64,000 nt of DNA, taken from Eledone cirrhosa. Lineage: Eukaryota. The stretch covers positions 287,246,001-287,310,000 of the forward strand of contig OZ024742.1 in assembly GCA_964016885.1 (NCBI GenBank), written 5' to 3'. The stretch's first letter is position 1; each line of letters starts with the position of its first letter. Positions 13,537 to 28,992 of this stretch are shown here, in pieces. The notes beneath the pieces are model-generated. The model ran no database searches. It was not told the origin of the DNA and worked only from the letters and a program-made list of their open reading frames with translations. The position numbers and the translations under genes are program-made.

Positions 13537-13591
13537 TGTTTTGTCTGATGAGGACGTACTGTTGTACATCCGAAATATGTATAATAAAATG
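13537..13591 (+). ncRNA. Type I hammerhead ribozyme (family C)
   Basis: TGTTTTGT-CTGATGA-GGAcGTAC-tgtt-GTACaTCC-GAAA-TATGTA-TA-ATAAAATG; related to motifs at 26061 and 49161. Confidence 0.7.
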
Positions 13592-13759
13592 TAATTGATC
13601 AAAAGAACATCTATTTTATTAATATTTGTATTTTAATATATATATAAAATAATATAGTGATCTGGATGATAGTGTTCAAAAGTAAATCAAAGCAAATGAA
13701 GAGATGTATAAGGGAAAATAGACACACACACAGACACACACACATTAAGGAGCATGATA

Positions 13760-14405
<646 letters not shown>

Positions 14406-14855
14406 TTCTCTCTCTATATATAAATGTGTACAAAAACTCTTTAAAAAATATCAATAAAAGGAGTGAAGAAAAGCGAAGAAAAATATGTTGTGGTCCTTAC
14501 CATAAGTTATTTCTCTCTTGGATATAAATAATAATAACAATAATCAGCAAGGACTCTGAAAGGAGGACGGATCTGTGTAAGTCAACAATCTGTTCAGAGG
14601 AAGAATACGCCTGCCTATATTGATAAACGGCTCTGAACGTTTAGTCAGGCCTAACCGCTAAATACAAACACAGCATTAATTATTACTGCTGTCTTGGTGA
14701 AAGAAACTTCCTTCACTACCGTCTAACGTGTTTTGCCCCAACATGTAGAATTATATGCATTTTTTAATGCGTCTATATATATATATATATATGTATATAT
14801 ACACAGAAACACAGACACACACATACAATTACTCATATATATATGTTTGTGTATA

Positions 14856-14968
<113 letters not shown>

Positions 14969-15844
14969 GTGTGTATGAATGCGTGTGTGTATGTATATAT
15001 GAATGTATGCTGTAAGAATCTATTTATATATGTATATGAATGTATATATATGTATGCCTATATACCTACTTAGAGATTTACATTTCTATGATTTACTTTC
15101 ATGATTTAGGCAGTTGAACGTGGTGCTAAACTGATACTTGCAAAAGGTACAGCAACAGTTCTTCATAGGAGTATGTTTGAGCTTTAGTCATGTTTTCTCT
15201 TGCATAATATAGTCGGATATCATAACAAAGTTTAATACATTTACTGACACATTAAGCTGTGTATGACATGTTGAGCAGGAGGGAAGTAATAAACAACGTG
15301 AAAAACGTTCAATTATCACAAACAACGACGTTGATAAAAGATTGGTTCAGTAACAAGTACATGTACTTGCCAATCCACCACCCTCTAGGACAAAGGTTCT
15401 CAACGGGGGGCATATGCACCCCCAGGGGGCGTTTGGGGGCAAGGGGGCATTAGGGGGGCGTTTGGAGCTTTGGAGTGCACTGGAAGGCTCTTTACTTTGG
15501 TAAGTTTTATAAGCCATATTTGTATGTCTTTGAGACAGCCAGTGCGAATGCATTTGAATGAGCATGCAGACAGCATAACTATGGTCTGACCGCAGGTGTG
15601 CAGGCGTGTTTAGACATTAACCTGCAATTGAGATCCTAACCATGGAAAAACCCACAGTCAACTGGGTCAAGGACACTTCAATCGCAGCCAGTTAGAATCT
15701 TGTCTTTCCTTCACCGATAACAATGTATTTCATGTCTGAAATTATTGACTCAACCGTAACGAGTTAACACTATGTAGATCTATTTTATTTCCTATTGTAT
15801 AAATAATATTACAAATAAAAAAAAACAAAAAAACACACAGAAGC

Positions 15845-17240
15845 GGGTAGCACACATATCTAGGACCACATACAACACAAGCAGGTAATACACACATCTA
15901 GGACTACATGCAGAACATAATCAGGTAATACATACATCTAGGACCACATACAACACATAATCAGGTAATACAAACATCTAGGACCACATACAACACATAA
16001 TCAGGTAATACATACATCTAGGACCACATACAACACATAATCAGGTAATACATACATCTAGGACCACATACAACACATAATCAGGTAATACATACATCTA
16101 GGACCACATGCAATAAATAAGCAGGTAATACACACATCTAGGACTACATGCAGAACATAATCAGGTAATACAAACATCTAGGACCACATACAACACATAA
16201 TCAGGTAATACAAACATCTAGGACCACATACAACACATAATCAGGTAATACATACATCTAGGACCACATACAACACATAATCAGGTAATACAAACATCTA
16301 GGACCACATACAACACATAATCAGGTAATACATACATCTAGGACCACATACAACACATAATCAGGTAATACATACATCTAGGACCACATACAACACATAA
16401 TCAGGTAATACAAACATCTAGGACCACATACAACACATAATCAGGTAATACATACATCTAGGACCACATACAACACATAATCAGGTAATACATACATCTA
16501 GGACCACATACAACACATAATCAGGTAATACATACATCTAGGACCACATGCAATAAATAAGCAGGTAATACACACATCTAGGACTACATGCAGAACATAA
16601 TCAGGTAATACAAACATCTAGGACCACATACAACACATAATCAGGTAATACAAACATCTAGGACCACATACAACACATAATCAGGTAATACATACATCTA
16701 GGACCACATACAACACATAATCAGGTAATACAAACATCTAGGACCACATACAACACATAATCAGGTAATACATACATCTAGGACCACATACAACACATAA
16801 TCAGGTAATACATACATCTAGGACCACATACAACACATAATCAGGTAATACAAACATCTAGGACCACATACAACACATAATCAGGTAATACATACATCTA
16901 GGACCACATACAACACATAATCAGGTAATACATACATCTAGGACCACATACAACACATAATCAGGTAATACATACATCTAGGACCACATGCAATAAATAA
17001 GCAGGTAATACACACATCTAGGACTACATGCAGAACATAATCAGGTAATACAAACATCTAGGACCACATACAACACATAATCAGGTAATACAAACATCTA
17101 AGACCACATACAACACATAATCAGGTAATACATACATCTAGGACCACATGCAATAAATAAGCAGGTAATACATTCATCTAGGACTACCTACAACACACAG
17201 GCAGGTAATACATACATCTAGGACCAAATACAACACACAT
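15845..17240. repeat. 40-bp minisatellite (about 35 units) inside the hAT element
   Basis: Unit CATACATCTAGGACCACATACAACACATAATCAGGTAATA; variant units recur every 440 bp. Confidence 0.97.
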
Positions 17241-18303
17241 TGTATCATGTGCTACGGACGACGCTAGAGCAATGGTCGGCCAACATAAGGGTTTCGTCAC
17301 TCTTCTGAAGAGAGAAAATCTATCTGTATTTGTTGTTCATTGGGTCATTCATCGACAACACTTGGCTGTGAAGAAACTCAGCAAGCCACTGAACAAGTCC
17401 TTGCAGGTGGCCCTTGATGTCATCAATTTTATCAAACGGCATTCCCTCAATGAACGAATTTTCCGGCAACTGTGCCAAGATAATGACGAAGAATTCGTCA
17501 AGTTGCTCCTTCATAATGAAGTGAGGTGGCTTTCAAAGGGCAAGTGCCTTACTCACTTCTTTGAACTGTTTGACTCTATCATTGAGTTTCTGCGAGGACG
17601 CAACACAGAACTGTACAAGAAAACCCTCAATGTGAGGCAAAACTGCGCCTGCCTCACCGACATCGTCGACAAATGCAATAGCGTCATTTTGGCTTTACAG
17701 GGGAAGAAGATCACCTTGGTTAAAGCAAGGAATGCTGTGAAAACATTCCTGGCCAAATTGAATGTCATCGAAAGGAATCTTTGTTGACGGGAATTCTATA
17801 ATTTTCCTAGTGTCGCCAATGTTGAAAACAGTGTAAGCGATGACTAACTCCAAATTTATACCGCTCACCTCCGTGCGCTATAAGACAACACGAGAGAACG
17901 GTTTGTCGACCTTTTGCCAATGGACATTCCAATGTGGGTAGCAGATCCCTTCACAGCTAACGTCGATGATTTGGACGTTATATTTCAGGAAGAATTCATT
18001 GAGCTTCAAGCAGATGACATGATCAAAATTAGATTTCCCAAAATAGGTGAACCCCTTTTTTTGGATGCAAGAGGAAATTCAGCGACGATTTCCACACTTA
18101 CATGCAGAGGCTAAGAGATTTGCTCTGCCTTTTACAAGCTCATACTTAGTCAAGAGAAGGTTTGGTGCTGTTTCCAGACTGCACAGTAAGGCTCGCAACC
18201 GCTACAATGTAATTACATGTGGAGATCTCCGGCTACATCGTACGAAAATCCAGCCTGACGTCAAATAGTTAGCTAGACTCCATAAAGTTCAAGGGTCCCA
18301 TTG
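17241..18303 (+). pseudogene. Buster-type transposase (ZBED5/ZBED8/SCAND3-like), C-terminal half, with stops and frameshift
   Basis: CATDDARAMVG, HWVIHRQHL (CxxH), EVRWLSKG, LPFTSSYLV..RFGAV dimerisation region. Confidence 0.9.
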
Positions 18304-19413
18304 AAATGAGGTCAAAGTTAAAGTAAGTTGATTTATCCGAAAACTTGGATATGCTATTGTCACAAAGCAAATTATTAACAATTTGTAGTTGCAGTCTGAC
18401 TGGACTGGAAACCATCTACTACAATTCACTTACTCATTTGTTGTATATATTTTACCATTTACTAATAAATATACCCTCCCGCGTGGTCATGAAAACCCTC
18501 TTCCGTGGTCTCTAAGCTCACAAAGGAGAGGGGACATCAAGTTAGATATCAGCATTATTCTGTCTGTTTCATTAAAGGGGAAATTGGAAAGCTTTGAAAT
18601 GATATAATTGCCACTTTCTTCCAGATAAGAGCACTCTTGGAATAGACAGAGTTGCTCTTGTATAAATGTTCAAAATAGTTGGTATCGCCTGCTGGGAATA
18701 TAACAAATTCAACTGGTCTTTATTCATAAAAAAGAACATTTATGTTCCTTTTTTTTAAATTTATATATTTCCTTTCAAGGAATGTATTTATACTCTCAGC
18801 TGCCTGCGATGGTATCTTTGGAATATTGTTAATCAATTTTTTAGTAATCTACAGATATCAAAATCAGTAGTATATTGAAAAATGGAAAAATAGGGGGGGG
18901 GGGGGGGGCGTTTCGTAATTTCGAGGGCCAAAAGGGGGCGTTTGGCTTAAATGGGTTGAGAACCTGTGCTCTAGGAGATAGACAATGTCATAGCATAATT
19001 ATTTAACATCTATTTCGTCGCTATTGACATCTCAGATGGCCCGAGGTGGGTGTTGGTGTTGGTGTTGGGATCATTTCGTTAAGTTACGTTCCAGCACTCT
19101 TCAGAGTGCACTGGGTGCATTTTATTGTGTCACCAGCAAGGGAGAAACTGTCATGTTTTTGACACAACTGAAGAATTCTGTTGATACTTTGTATGACTAG
19201 GTTTCAATATGTGGAGGTTCTTCCTATCACCAACCAGTTTACAGGGTATATTGAGTGCATGCATATTTGTGGCACCAGCACTAGGGAGTTTTTCGGTCGT
19301 TGATTCAACTGAAGAGCCCTCTCTGCTTTACGTGGGGTGGGGGGAGGTCGGACGAAATCTATGAGAAAGAAGATAAGTATGGTATATATATATATATACA
19401 TATGCAACATTTG

Positions 19414-19448
<35 letters not shown>

Positions 19449-19560
19449 GAAAATGTGTGAGATCCTTGGTACAGTTAGGTATATTTGCAAAAAAGGAAAA
19501 GAATGATTTCACTTGTAGTGTTAAAGAATTTTTATGATTTAATGTTATAATATAATATTA

Positions 19561-19752
19561 TAATTGTTTCTACTTTTGGCACAAAGCCAGCAATTACCTA
19601 GTGTATTACTGGTACTTTATTTTATCGACCCCGTAAGGATGAAATGCAAAGTTAACCTCGGCGAGATTTGAACTCAGAATGGCAAGGGCCGTAACTCTAT
19701 GTGTCAAAGCCTCCTTCTACCGACCTTCTACCGATACTGCCAATCCACCGCC
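19561..19752 (-). mobile_element. Full-length tRNA-derived SINE (Meta-domain-like)
   Basis: Minus strand GGCGGTGGATTGGCAGTATCGGTAG...GAGTTCAAATC...TTTCATCCTTACGGGGTCGATAAAATAAAGTACCAG...GTGCCAAAAGTAGAAAC. Confidence 0.8.
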
Positions 19753-19776
19753 CTTTGTGCCAAAAGTAGAAACAAT

Positions 19777-22146
19777 TATAATATATAATATAATATAATA
19801 TAATATAATATAATATAATATAATATAATATAATATAATATAATATAATATAATATAATATAATATAATATAATATAATATAATATAATATAATATAATA
19901 TAATATAATATAATATAATATAATATAATATAATATAATATAATATAATATAATATAATATAATATAATATAATATAATATAATATAATATAATATAATA
20001 TAATATAATATAATATAATATAATATAATATAATATAATATAATATAATATAATATAATATAATATAATATAATATAATATAATATAATATAATATAATA
20101 TAATATAATATAATATAATATAATATAATATAATATAATATAATATAATATAATATAATATAATATAATATAATATAATATAATATAATATAATATAATA
20201 TAATATAATATAATATAATATAATATAATATAATATAATATAATATAATATAATATAATATAATATAATATAATATAATATAATATAATATAATATAATA
20301 TAATATAATATAATATAATATAATATAATATAATATAATATAATATAATATAATATAATATAATATAATATAATATAATATAATATAATATAATATAATA
20401 TAATATAATATAATATAATATAATATAATATAATATAATATAATATAATATAATATAATATAATATAATATAATATAATATAATATAATATAATATAATA
20501 TAATATAATATAATATAATATAATATAATATAATATAATATAATATAATATAATATAATATAATATAATATAATATAATATAATATAATATAATATAATA
20601 TAATATAATATAATATAATATAATATAATATAATATAATATAATATAATATAATATAATATAATATAATATAATATAATATAATATAATATAATATAATA
20701 TAATATAATATAATATAATATAATATAATATAATATAATATAATATAATATAATATAATATAATATAATATAATATAATATAATATAATATAATATAATA
20801 TAATATAATATAATATAATATAATATAATATAATATAATATAATATAATATAATATAATATAATATAATATAATATAATATAATATAATATAATATAATA
20901 TAATATAATATAATATAATATAATATAATATAATATAATATAATATAATATAATATAATATAATATAATATAATATAATATAATATAATATAATATAATA
21001 TAATATAATATAATATAATATAATATAATATAATATAATATAATATAATATAATATAATATAATATAATATAATATAATATAATATAATATAATATAATA
21101 TAATATAATATAATATAATATAATATAATATAATATAATATAATATAATATAATATAATATAATATAATATAATATAATATAATATAATATAATATAATA
21201 TAATATAATATAATATAATATAATATAATATAATATAATATAATATAATATAATATAATATAATATAATATAATATAATATAATATAATATAATATAATA
21301 TAATATAATATAATATAATATAATATAATATAATATAATATAATATAATATAATATAATATAATATAATATAATATAATATAATATAATATAATATAATA
21401 TAATATAATATAATATAATATAATATAATATAATATAATATAATATAATATAATATAATATAATATAATATAATATAATATAATATAATATAATATAATA
21501 TAATATAATATAATATAATATAATATAATATAATATAATATAATATAATATAATATAATATAATATAATATAATATAATATAATATAATATAATATAATA
21601 TAATATAATATAATATAATATAATATAATATAATATAATATAATATAATATAATATAATATAATATAATATAATATAATATAATATAATATAATATAATA
21701 TAATATAATATAATATAATATAATATAATATAATATAATATAATATAATATAATATAATATAATATAATATAATATAATATAATATAATATAATATAATA
21801 TAATATAATATAATATAATATAATATAATATAATATAATATAATATAATATAATATAATATAATATAATATAATATAATATAATATAATATAATATAATA
21901 TAATATAATATAATATAATATAATATAATATAATATAATATAATATAATATAATATAATATAATATAATATAATATAATATAATATAATATAATATAATA
22001 TAATATAATATAATATAATATAATATAATATAATATATTATATTATATTATATTATATTATATTATATTATATAATATAATATAATATAATATAATATAA
22101 TATAATATAATATAATATAATATAATATAATATAATATAATATAAT
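19777..22146. repeat. About 2.35-kb near-perfect (TAATA)n pentanucleotide array with a short internal inverted (TATTA)n block at about 22037-22072
   Basis: Direct inspection. Confidence 0.97.
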
Positions 22147-22234
22147 GAGTTTATAATATTATAATATTATATTATAACATTAAATCATAAAAATTGTTTA
22201 GAACTACAAGTGAAGTCATTCTTTTCCTTTTTTT

Positions 22235-22265
<31 letters not shown>

Positions 22266-22359
22266 TACCGTTTGAGAATGCATAAGGAAAAGACAAAAAA
22301 ATTGTATATATATATATAATATATATATAATATATATATATATATAATATATATATAAT

Positions 22360-22592
<233 letters not shown>

Positions 22593-23239
22593 TATATATA
22601 TATAATATATAATATATATATATTATATATTATATATTATATATATATACAATTTTTTTGTCTTTTCCTTATGCATTCTCAAACGGTAATAGTATTAGAC
22701 CCCGGGATTAACAACATGTAAATTTTATTTACATTTGGATTAAAACCATATAACATTTTATCTAAAATAATCCTTCTATTGTCAACTATAATAAATAGAC
22801 ATGGTATATATGAGTTTGTAAGCGTCTGTGTATGAGTATGTGTCGGTGAGTGTGTGTTTGCGCGTTCGTTACATACGTAAGGCCTTAGTAATTTACATGC
22901 ACACACATCTTCACGTAAATATTTAATCAGATACACAGATAATTAAATGCACACACACACACACACACACATCTACACATGATGACTGACAATTATATGT
23001 GTGTGAGTGTATGTGAGAGTGTATGTGTGTGTGAGTATATATACATTTCCGTAACGAAATGACGTAATGAAACGCTGGGGGTGAAACTGTGTGTGTTTGT
23101 ATGAATGTATGTCTGTGTGTGTTTTTTTATAAGTGTATGTTTCTGCATACACACACACACACATAGATATTTTGAAATAATTATGAGAAAAAATATATCA
23201 TCATATTTATTGTTTACAAATCTGAATAAGAATAGCAGA

Positions 23240-23270
23240 AACCCGGGCAAAACCGGGTCATTCAGTTAGT
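23240..23270 (+). mobile_element. Helitron-like 3' terminus
   Basis: Hairpin ACCCGG-gcaaaa-CCGGGT followed about 8 nt later by TTAG|T (decayed CTAG); similar to 50515-50544. Confidence 0.55.
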
Positions 23271-23283
23271 ACATATATATATA

Positions 23284-23397
<114 letters not shown>

Positions 23398-23869
23398 GTA
23401 TGTATGTATATGTAGAAACATACATACATATATACATACATGCATACATACATACACACACCTATCCTTCAGTTAAATGAAATGATGTTAGTCCAACATA
23501 AAATATTGTAATTCATTCAACTATTTTTCAAAATCTTTTTATATTTATGTTTAATCGCTTATGTAAAGTTAAAAGAAGGTGACATACGATACTAAACTTC
23601 TAAATATATAAACAGAATTTAATTGTTTTACAGAAATTATATAGAGTAGCGGTTTTGAAACTTTTATTAGAGACATTTATTTATTCAGATCATCACAAAA
23701 CCATGGGGAGACACGCTGGAACAGCCACCCCACTTCACGGGGCTCGCACCCGCGGACAGCGAACTCCGCCTCAATAGTTTAAAAGCATCCATTTTTTTGG
23801 TTCTCTTCATATATACGTATATAACAACTCAACGCATTGTCAATCACTTGACGGACTTGCATGCTTCTT

Positions 23870-24560
23870 TTAAAATTTGAACCAAAGTTAATAAATTCTT
23901 ACTTCAACTTGTCACTAATGCTAACTATCCTCTAAAAAATTGCACTTCATTTCTGTTTTTGGAGCACTTTCTTGGTTCATTCGACATCATTGTATTCATA
24001 TGTTTGCTCTGGATCGATATTAATCAGATCGTTATCGCTCAACTCTTCACGATGGGAGTTAAATAATTCATGCTCATTTGCTAAGCCTATTTTCCTAAAA
24101 CCTAATTCATGTCCAATGACAGCAATTTCATCAACAACGGTGACTATTTGCTGGCTAAGCCCAACAAAATCAGTTGTGCAATGAAGCAAAATTTCTTTCC
24201 ATAGGAGCTCTCTTGCTGCTTGATAATACTTGCTGCCACGATTCGCGAATATTTACAACTACATTTATCATGATGAATTTATTCCAGAACTCAACCAATG
24301 GAATGGCTTTGTATTGCTTTTTCAAATGTAATGTTTTGGTAATTAGCTTTAAAAATTTGCAATGACCCTCAAAATCCGTAGGCTGCAAAATAGGTAAAGT
24401 TTTAGGAGAGGAAAACATGATTTTTGCATTTTTACTGAAGAATCTAGCGTAGGAGGATTACCAGGGGTATTATAGAACAACAATAAAACTGTAAAGCTGG
24501 GGCTTAAAGCATTAAACAAGATAAACGACTTGCTTAATCCTGCTTATTTGCGCGCCAATG
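23870..24560 (-). pseudogene. Tigger/pogo (TIGD1-like) transposase remnant
   Basis: LQPTD (QPMD motif), FWNKF..NIRESWQQV, ELGF...ELFNSHREELSDNDL. Confidence 0.75.
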
Positions 24561-25366
24561 TCTGCTGATTATATTCTCTGAGAGCTTTAGGATTTTGGTT
24601 TTTGTTCAAAATTGCTTTTTTCTCTTATCCATTATTGTATGAGTAAAAATAAGTTTAGAAAGCTCGCAGAAAAAGTATGTGATACGTAAGAGGGGAAAAT
24701 AAGAGCACGGCCATCTTTTACTGTTGTTGAAGGTCAACTTTTCACACAGTTACCAAGAACCAACACACGGTTTCTCTCTCTCTCTCTCTGTAGTTCAACC
24801 AGTTGGTTGGTTGGGGCTACACTTTTTGCTCATTCGCCAACGGAGAACGGCCTGATAAAAAATAAACAAACAAATACTTCCTGCCGTTGCTTGGACCGTA
24901 TTAAGGGAAATTTAGCAAGCTTTAAATATGAGTAATATCAGGTTACAATTTAAAATCCGTTTTCATTTGAAAAACGTGCTAAACAAGCAGCACAAGACAT
25001 CTCGACTGACGCTCTACCAATTCCTTTGATCCACTACCTATACAATGACTTTGTTTTAGCACACATACACACACAAACACGCAGACACACAAACACACAG
25101 ACACACCCGCATACATACATATTCACACGCACACACAAACGCAAACACACCTGGGCACCACCAGACCCACATTCCGCCATATATTATGTCTTTCATGACA
25201 GGGTAACGAAACAATCCCAATTCTATCACAGTCCTTCAGTCTACCACTTAAAAACTCCAATATACGAGTGGCAGTTTGCTCTCGTCCATCTGGTCGAAAT
25301 GTGATAACACCCAGGCTAATATGTATGCAAATTATTTGATTATACGTCTTAACTTGCTTTTCCGTT

Positions 25367-25503
<137 letters not shown>

Positions 25504-25518
25504 ATACATGTATGTATG

Positions 25519-25549
<31 letters not shown>

Positions 25550-25747
25550 GTGTATATATATGTATATATGTATATATATGTATGTATATATATATGTATG
25601 TATATATATATGTATGTATATATATATGTATGTATATATATATACATACATATATATATATATACATACATATATATATACATACATATATATACATATA
25701 TATATATACACATATATATATACATATATAAATATATATACACACAC

Positions 25748-25840
<93 letters not shown>

Positions 25841-25859
25841 ATTAGAAGTTGTATTTAAT

Positions 25860-26130
25860 TTGTTAGAAGTCCGACAAACATAGATGTTTATAACTGATTT
25901 AGAGCACTCAACAGTTTACTGGAGTAAATATTCAATGATATTAAATAGATGGAAACTATATTTATAAAACCATATTTATTTTATTATATTACTACCCAGT
26001 GAATTTCCAACCGATAAGGTATGATTTTCATGGGTACGTCTCTATTTATAAGTCAAACTGTATTTTATCTGAGGAAAGCGTACCAATGTTGTCTTGGTTG
26101 CCCTTGAAATATATATAATAAAATAAATAT
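25860..26130. mobile_element. Head-to-head pair of family C fragments with a hammerhead at 26061-26125 (+)
   Basis: 25860-25988 is the reverse complement of the sequence downstream of the 49161 HHR. HHR reads TATTTTAT-CTGAGGA-AAG...CTT-GAAA-TATATA-TA-ATAAAATA. Confidence 0.7.
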
Positions 26131-26253
26131 ATAAATATATATATATAAATATATATATATATAAATATATGTATAAATATATATATAAATATATATATAA
26201 ATATATATATAAATATATATATAAATATATATATAAATATATATATATATATA

Positions 26254-26367
<114 letters not shown>

Positions 26368-26479
26368 AGCAGAGTATAAAAGTTTTAATATAGAAGAGCT
26401 TCTACAGGACTAGAACTGTTTCCTTCGTGAGAAATCATCTATATATATATATGTATATATATATGTATATATATATACA

Positions 26480-26564
<85 letters not shown>

Positions 26565-26579
26565 GTGTGTATATATATG

Positions 26580-26658
26580 CAGGGTCTCCCAAAAATATAT
26601 ACACACTTTGATTAGAATGCTGTTGAAGTGTGTATACATTTTTTGGATACCCTTTACA
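26580..26658. mobile_element. Very short Tc1/mariner-like MITE
   Basis: Imperfect TIRs of about 30 bp, CAGGGT.TCCCAAAAATATATACACACTT / AAGTGTGTATACATTTTTTGGATACCCT. Confidence 0.6.
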
Positions 26659-26768
26659 TATAGCGTTGCGTAGTTAAGATTGAGGCATATTCTGTCATGC
26701 AAATTACCACAACGGCTTAAGATAGTGTATAACAATGGCGATGTCCTTGCATAGCCTCAGACCATTAT

Positions 26769-26875
<107 letters not shown>

Positions 26876-26877
26876 AT

Positions 26878-26995
26878 AATATAGAAATGGCTTCTACAGG
26901 ACTAGAACTGTTTCATTCGGGAGAAATAAACAGGACTTCTTGATGATTTCTCCCGAATGAAACATTTCTAGTCCTGTAGAAGCCATCTCTATATT
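26878..26995. repeat. Inverted repeat (50-bp arms) carrying a degenerate hammerhead (26930-26977, +)
   Basis: ACAGGACT..TTGATGA-TTTC-tccc-GAAT-GAAA-CA.TTC-T-AGTCCTGT; further partial copy at about 26395-26440 (-). Confidence 0.65.
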
Positions 26996-27084
26996 AAATA
27001 TTTATACTCTGCTTTGTATTGAGTACCTTACTTACTGTGGTTACCCCCGATTGAACCTGGGATAAACTTATATATGTATATATA

Positions 27085-27450
27085 GTCCTGGAATGGACGC
27101 ACAAAAATTGCATATGCCGAGATTCCAAAGAGGGTTCGGAAAGGAGCAAACCATGACAATTGGAACTTGGAACATCACAATCCTTAGAGATAAGGAGCAA
27201 GATTTAGTGGAGGAGGATAGAGGCTACCGGTTAGATTTAGTCGGGGTTTCCTCAACAAAGTTCCGTGGCTGTAGATTTGGATGGAGGATGAAAAGTCCAC
27301 TATTTAGGTGTGGTGCCAGAAATGTCTGCACGGGTGGGAGTGGGGATACTCGTAAGCCCCCGGCTGTCAGAATATCTTATGGACTGGATATCATTAGGAA
27401 GGAGGATTTGCCTCTTGAAGCTTAGGCTGAAAGATAGGTCATGTGGGTGA
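27085..27450 (+). pseudogene. RTE LINE apurinic-like endonuclease N-terminal fragment
   Basis: MTIGTWNITIL..KEQDLVEE...YRLDLVGVSSTK (APE domains I-II, Expander/Rex3-like). Confidence 0.85.
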
Positions 27451-27456
27451 TGTACA

Positions 27457-27575
<119 letters not shown>

Positions 27576-28062
27576 TTTGTGTGTTTATTTTCGTGTCCGT
27601 GTCAGCATTCAACAAAAAAAAAAAGGATATCAATAAAACAAGTACCAGGACTTGAAAAAAAATAATACTTGGATTGATATGATTACCTAAATCACGGCGC
27701 TGCCCCAGCGTGGCCTATTGACAGAAAAACCAACAATTTCATCACTCTATACTTCGTGCTACACTGCAGTCGATGTTTCCCGTTTTATAATTGGCAACTA
27801 CAACTAGATGAAAGGTTTCAATGAGTCAACAATTTGTGTCGAACACACGAGATCACGAAGGAAATGCTTTAGTGGCTTTAAAACCTCACTGCAACTGGCA
27901 GGCATGTAATTAGATATTAGATCGAAATAATTATGAAAGAGTGCAGTGAACTAACTTTGTTGTTGTTATTGTTGTTGTTGCTGATGATGATGATGATGAT
28001 GATGACAATGTTGCTGGTTAATTATTGTTATTATTAGGCCATTATTGTTATTGTTATTATTA

Positions 28063-28992
28063 GGGCGGTGGATTGGCAGTATCGGTAGAGAGTCGGACGC
28101 CATGCTTTCCAGCATAGTTACGTCCCTTTACGATCTGAGTTCAAATCCCGCCGAGGTTCACTTTGCCTTTCATTCTTACGGGGTCGATAAAATAGAGTAC
28201 CAGTAATGTACTGGGTAATTGCTGGCCTTGTGCTAAAAGTAGAAACAGTTATTATTAGGCCCTTGTTCAAATCCCACCGAGGTTACCTTTGCCTTTGATC
28301 CTTAGTTGTTTGCGATAAAATAAAGTACCAGTAACGCACTGGGGTCGATTTAATCGAGTCATCTTCCCCAAATTGCTGGCCTACTGTCTAAATCAGAAAC
28401 CATCACTAGGCCCTTATGGCCAATAAAGAAAGAATTATTATTATACATTCTGAGTTCAAATCCCGTCTAGTTAGCTTTGCTTTCATCCTTCAGAGGTCGA
28501 TAAAATAAAGTACCAGTAACGCACTGGGGTCGATTTAATCGAGTCATCTTCCCCAAATTGCTGGCCTACTGTCTAAATCAGAAACCATCACTAGGCCCTT
28601 ATGGCCAATAAAGAAAGAATTATTATTATACATTCTGAGTTCAAATCCCGTCGAGTTAGCTTTGCTTTCATCCTTCAGAGGTCGATAAAATAAAGTACCA
28701 GTAACGCACTGGGAACGACTTCACCCCCCCCCCATATTTGTTGGGTTTGTGCCTAAATCAGAAACCATTATTATTATACGGTGAATTGGCAGTATCGGTA
28801 GAGAGTCGGACGCCATACTTTGACGCATAGAGTTACGGCCCTTTCCATTCTGAGTTCAAATCCCGCCGAGGTTAACTTTGCCTTTCAGGGGTCGATAAAA
28901 TAAAATACCAGTAATGTACTGGGTAATTGCTGGCCTTGTGCCAATAGTAGAAACAACTATTATTATACGTTCTCTGAGTTCAAATCCCGCTG
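28063..28992 (+). mobile_element. Cluster of tandem tRNA-derived SINEs including a 185-bp tandem amplification
   Basis: Repeated GAGTTCAAATCCC / GGTCGATAAAATAAAGTACCAG; TAAAGTACCA recurs at 28321, 28506 and 28691. Confidence 0.85.

Larger units (their letters stand above)
15391..18968 (+). mobile_element. hAT (Buster/Charlie-type) DNA transposon, defective
   Basis: TIRs CAAAGGTTCTCAAC / GTTGAGAACCTGTG; 8-bp TSD CTCTAGGA (15383-15390, 18969-18976) with central TA; internal transposase remnant. Confidence 0.93.

Noticed and set aside
15845-17240. Regular 40-bp array resembling a CRISPR
   Set aside because: No unique spacers, no cas genes, eukaryotic context; it is a minisatellite.
19065-19112. 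CTGAAGA...GAAA on the minus strand
   Set aside because: Stems I and II do not pair convincingly; not counted as a hammerhead.
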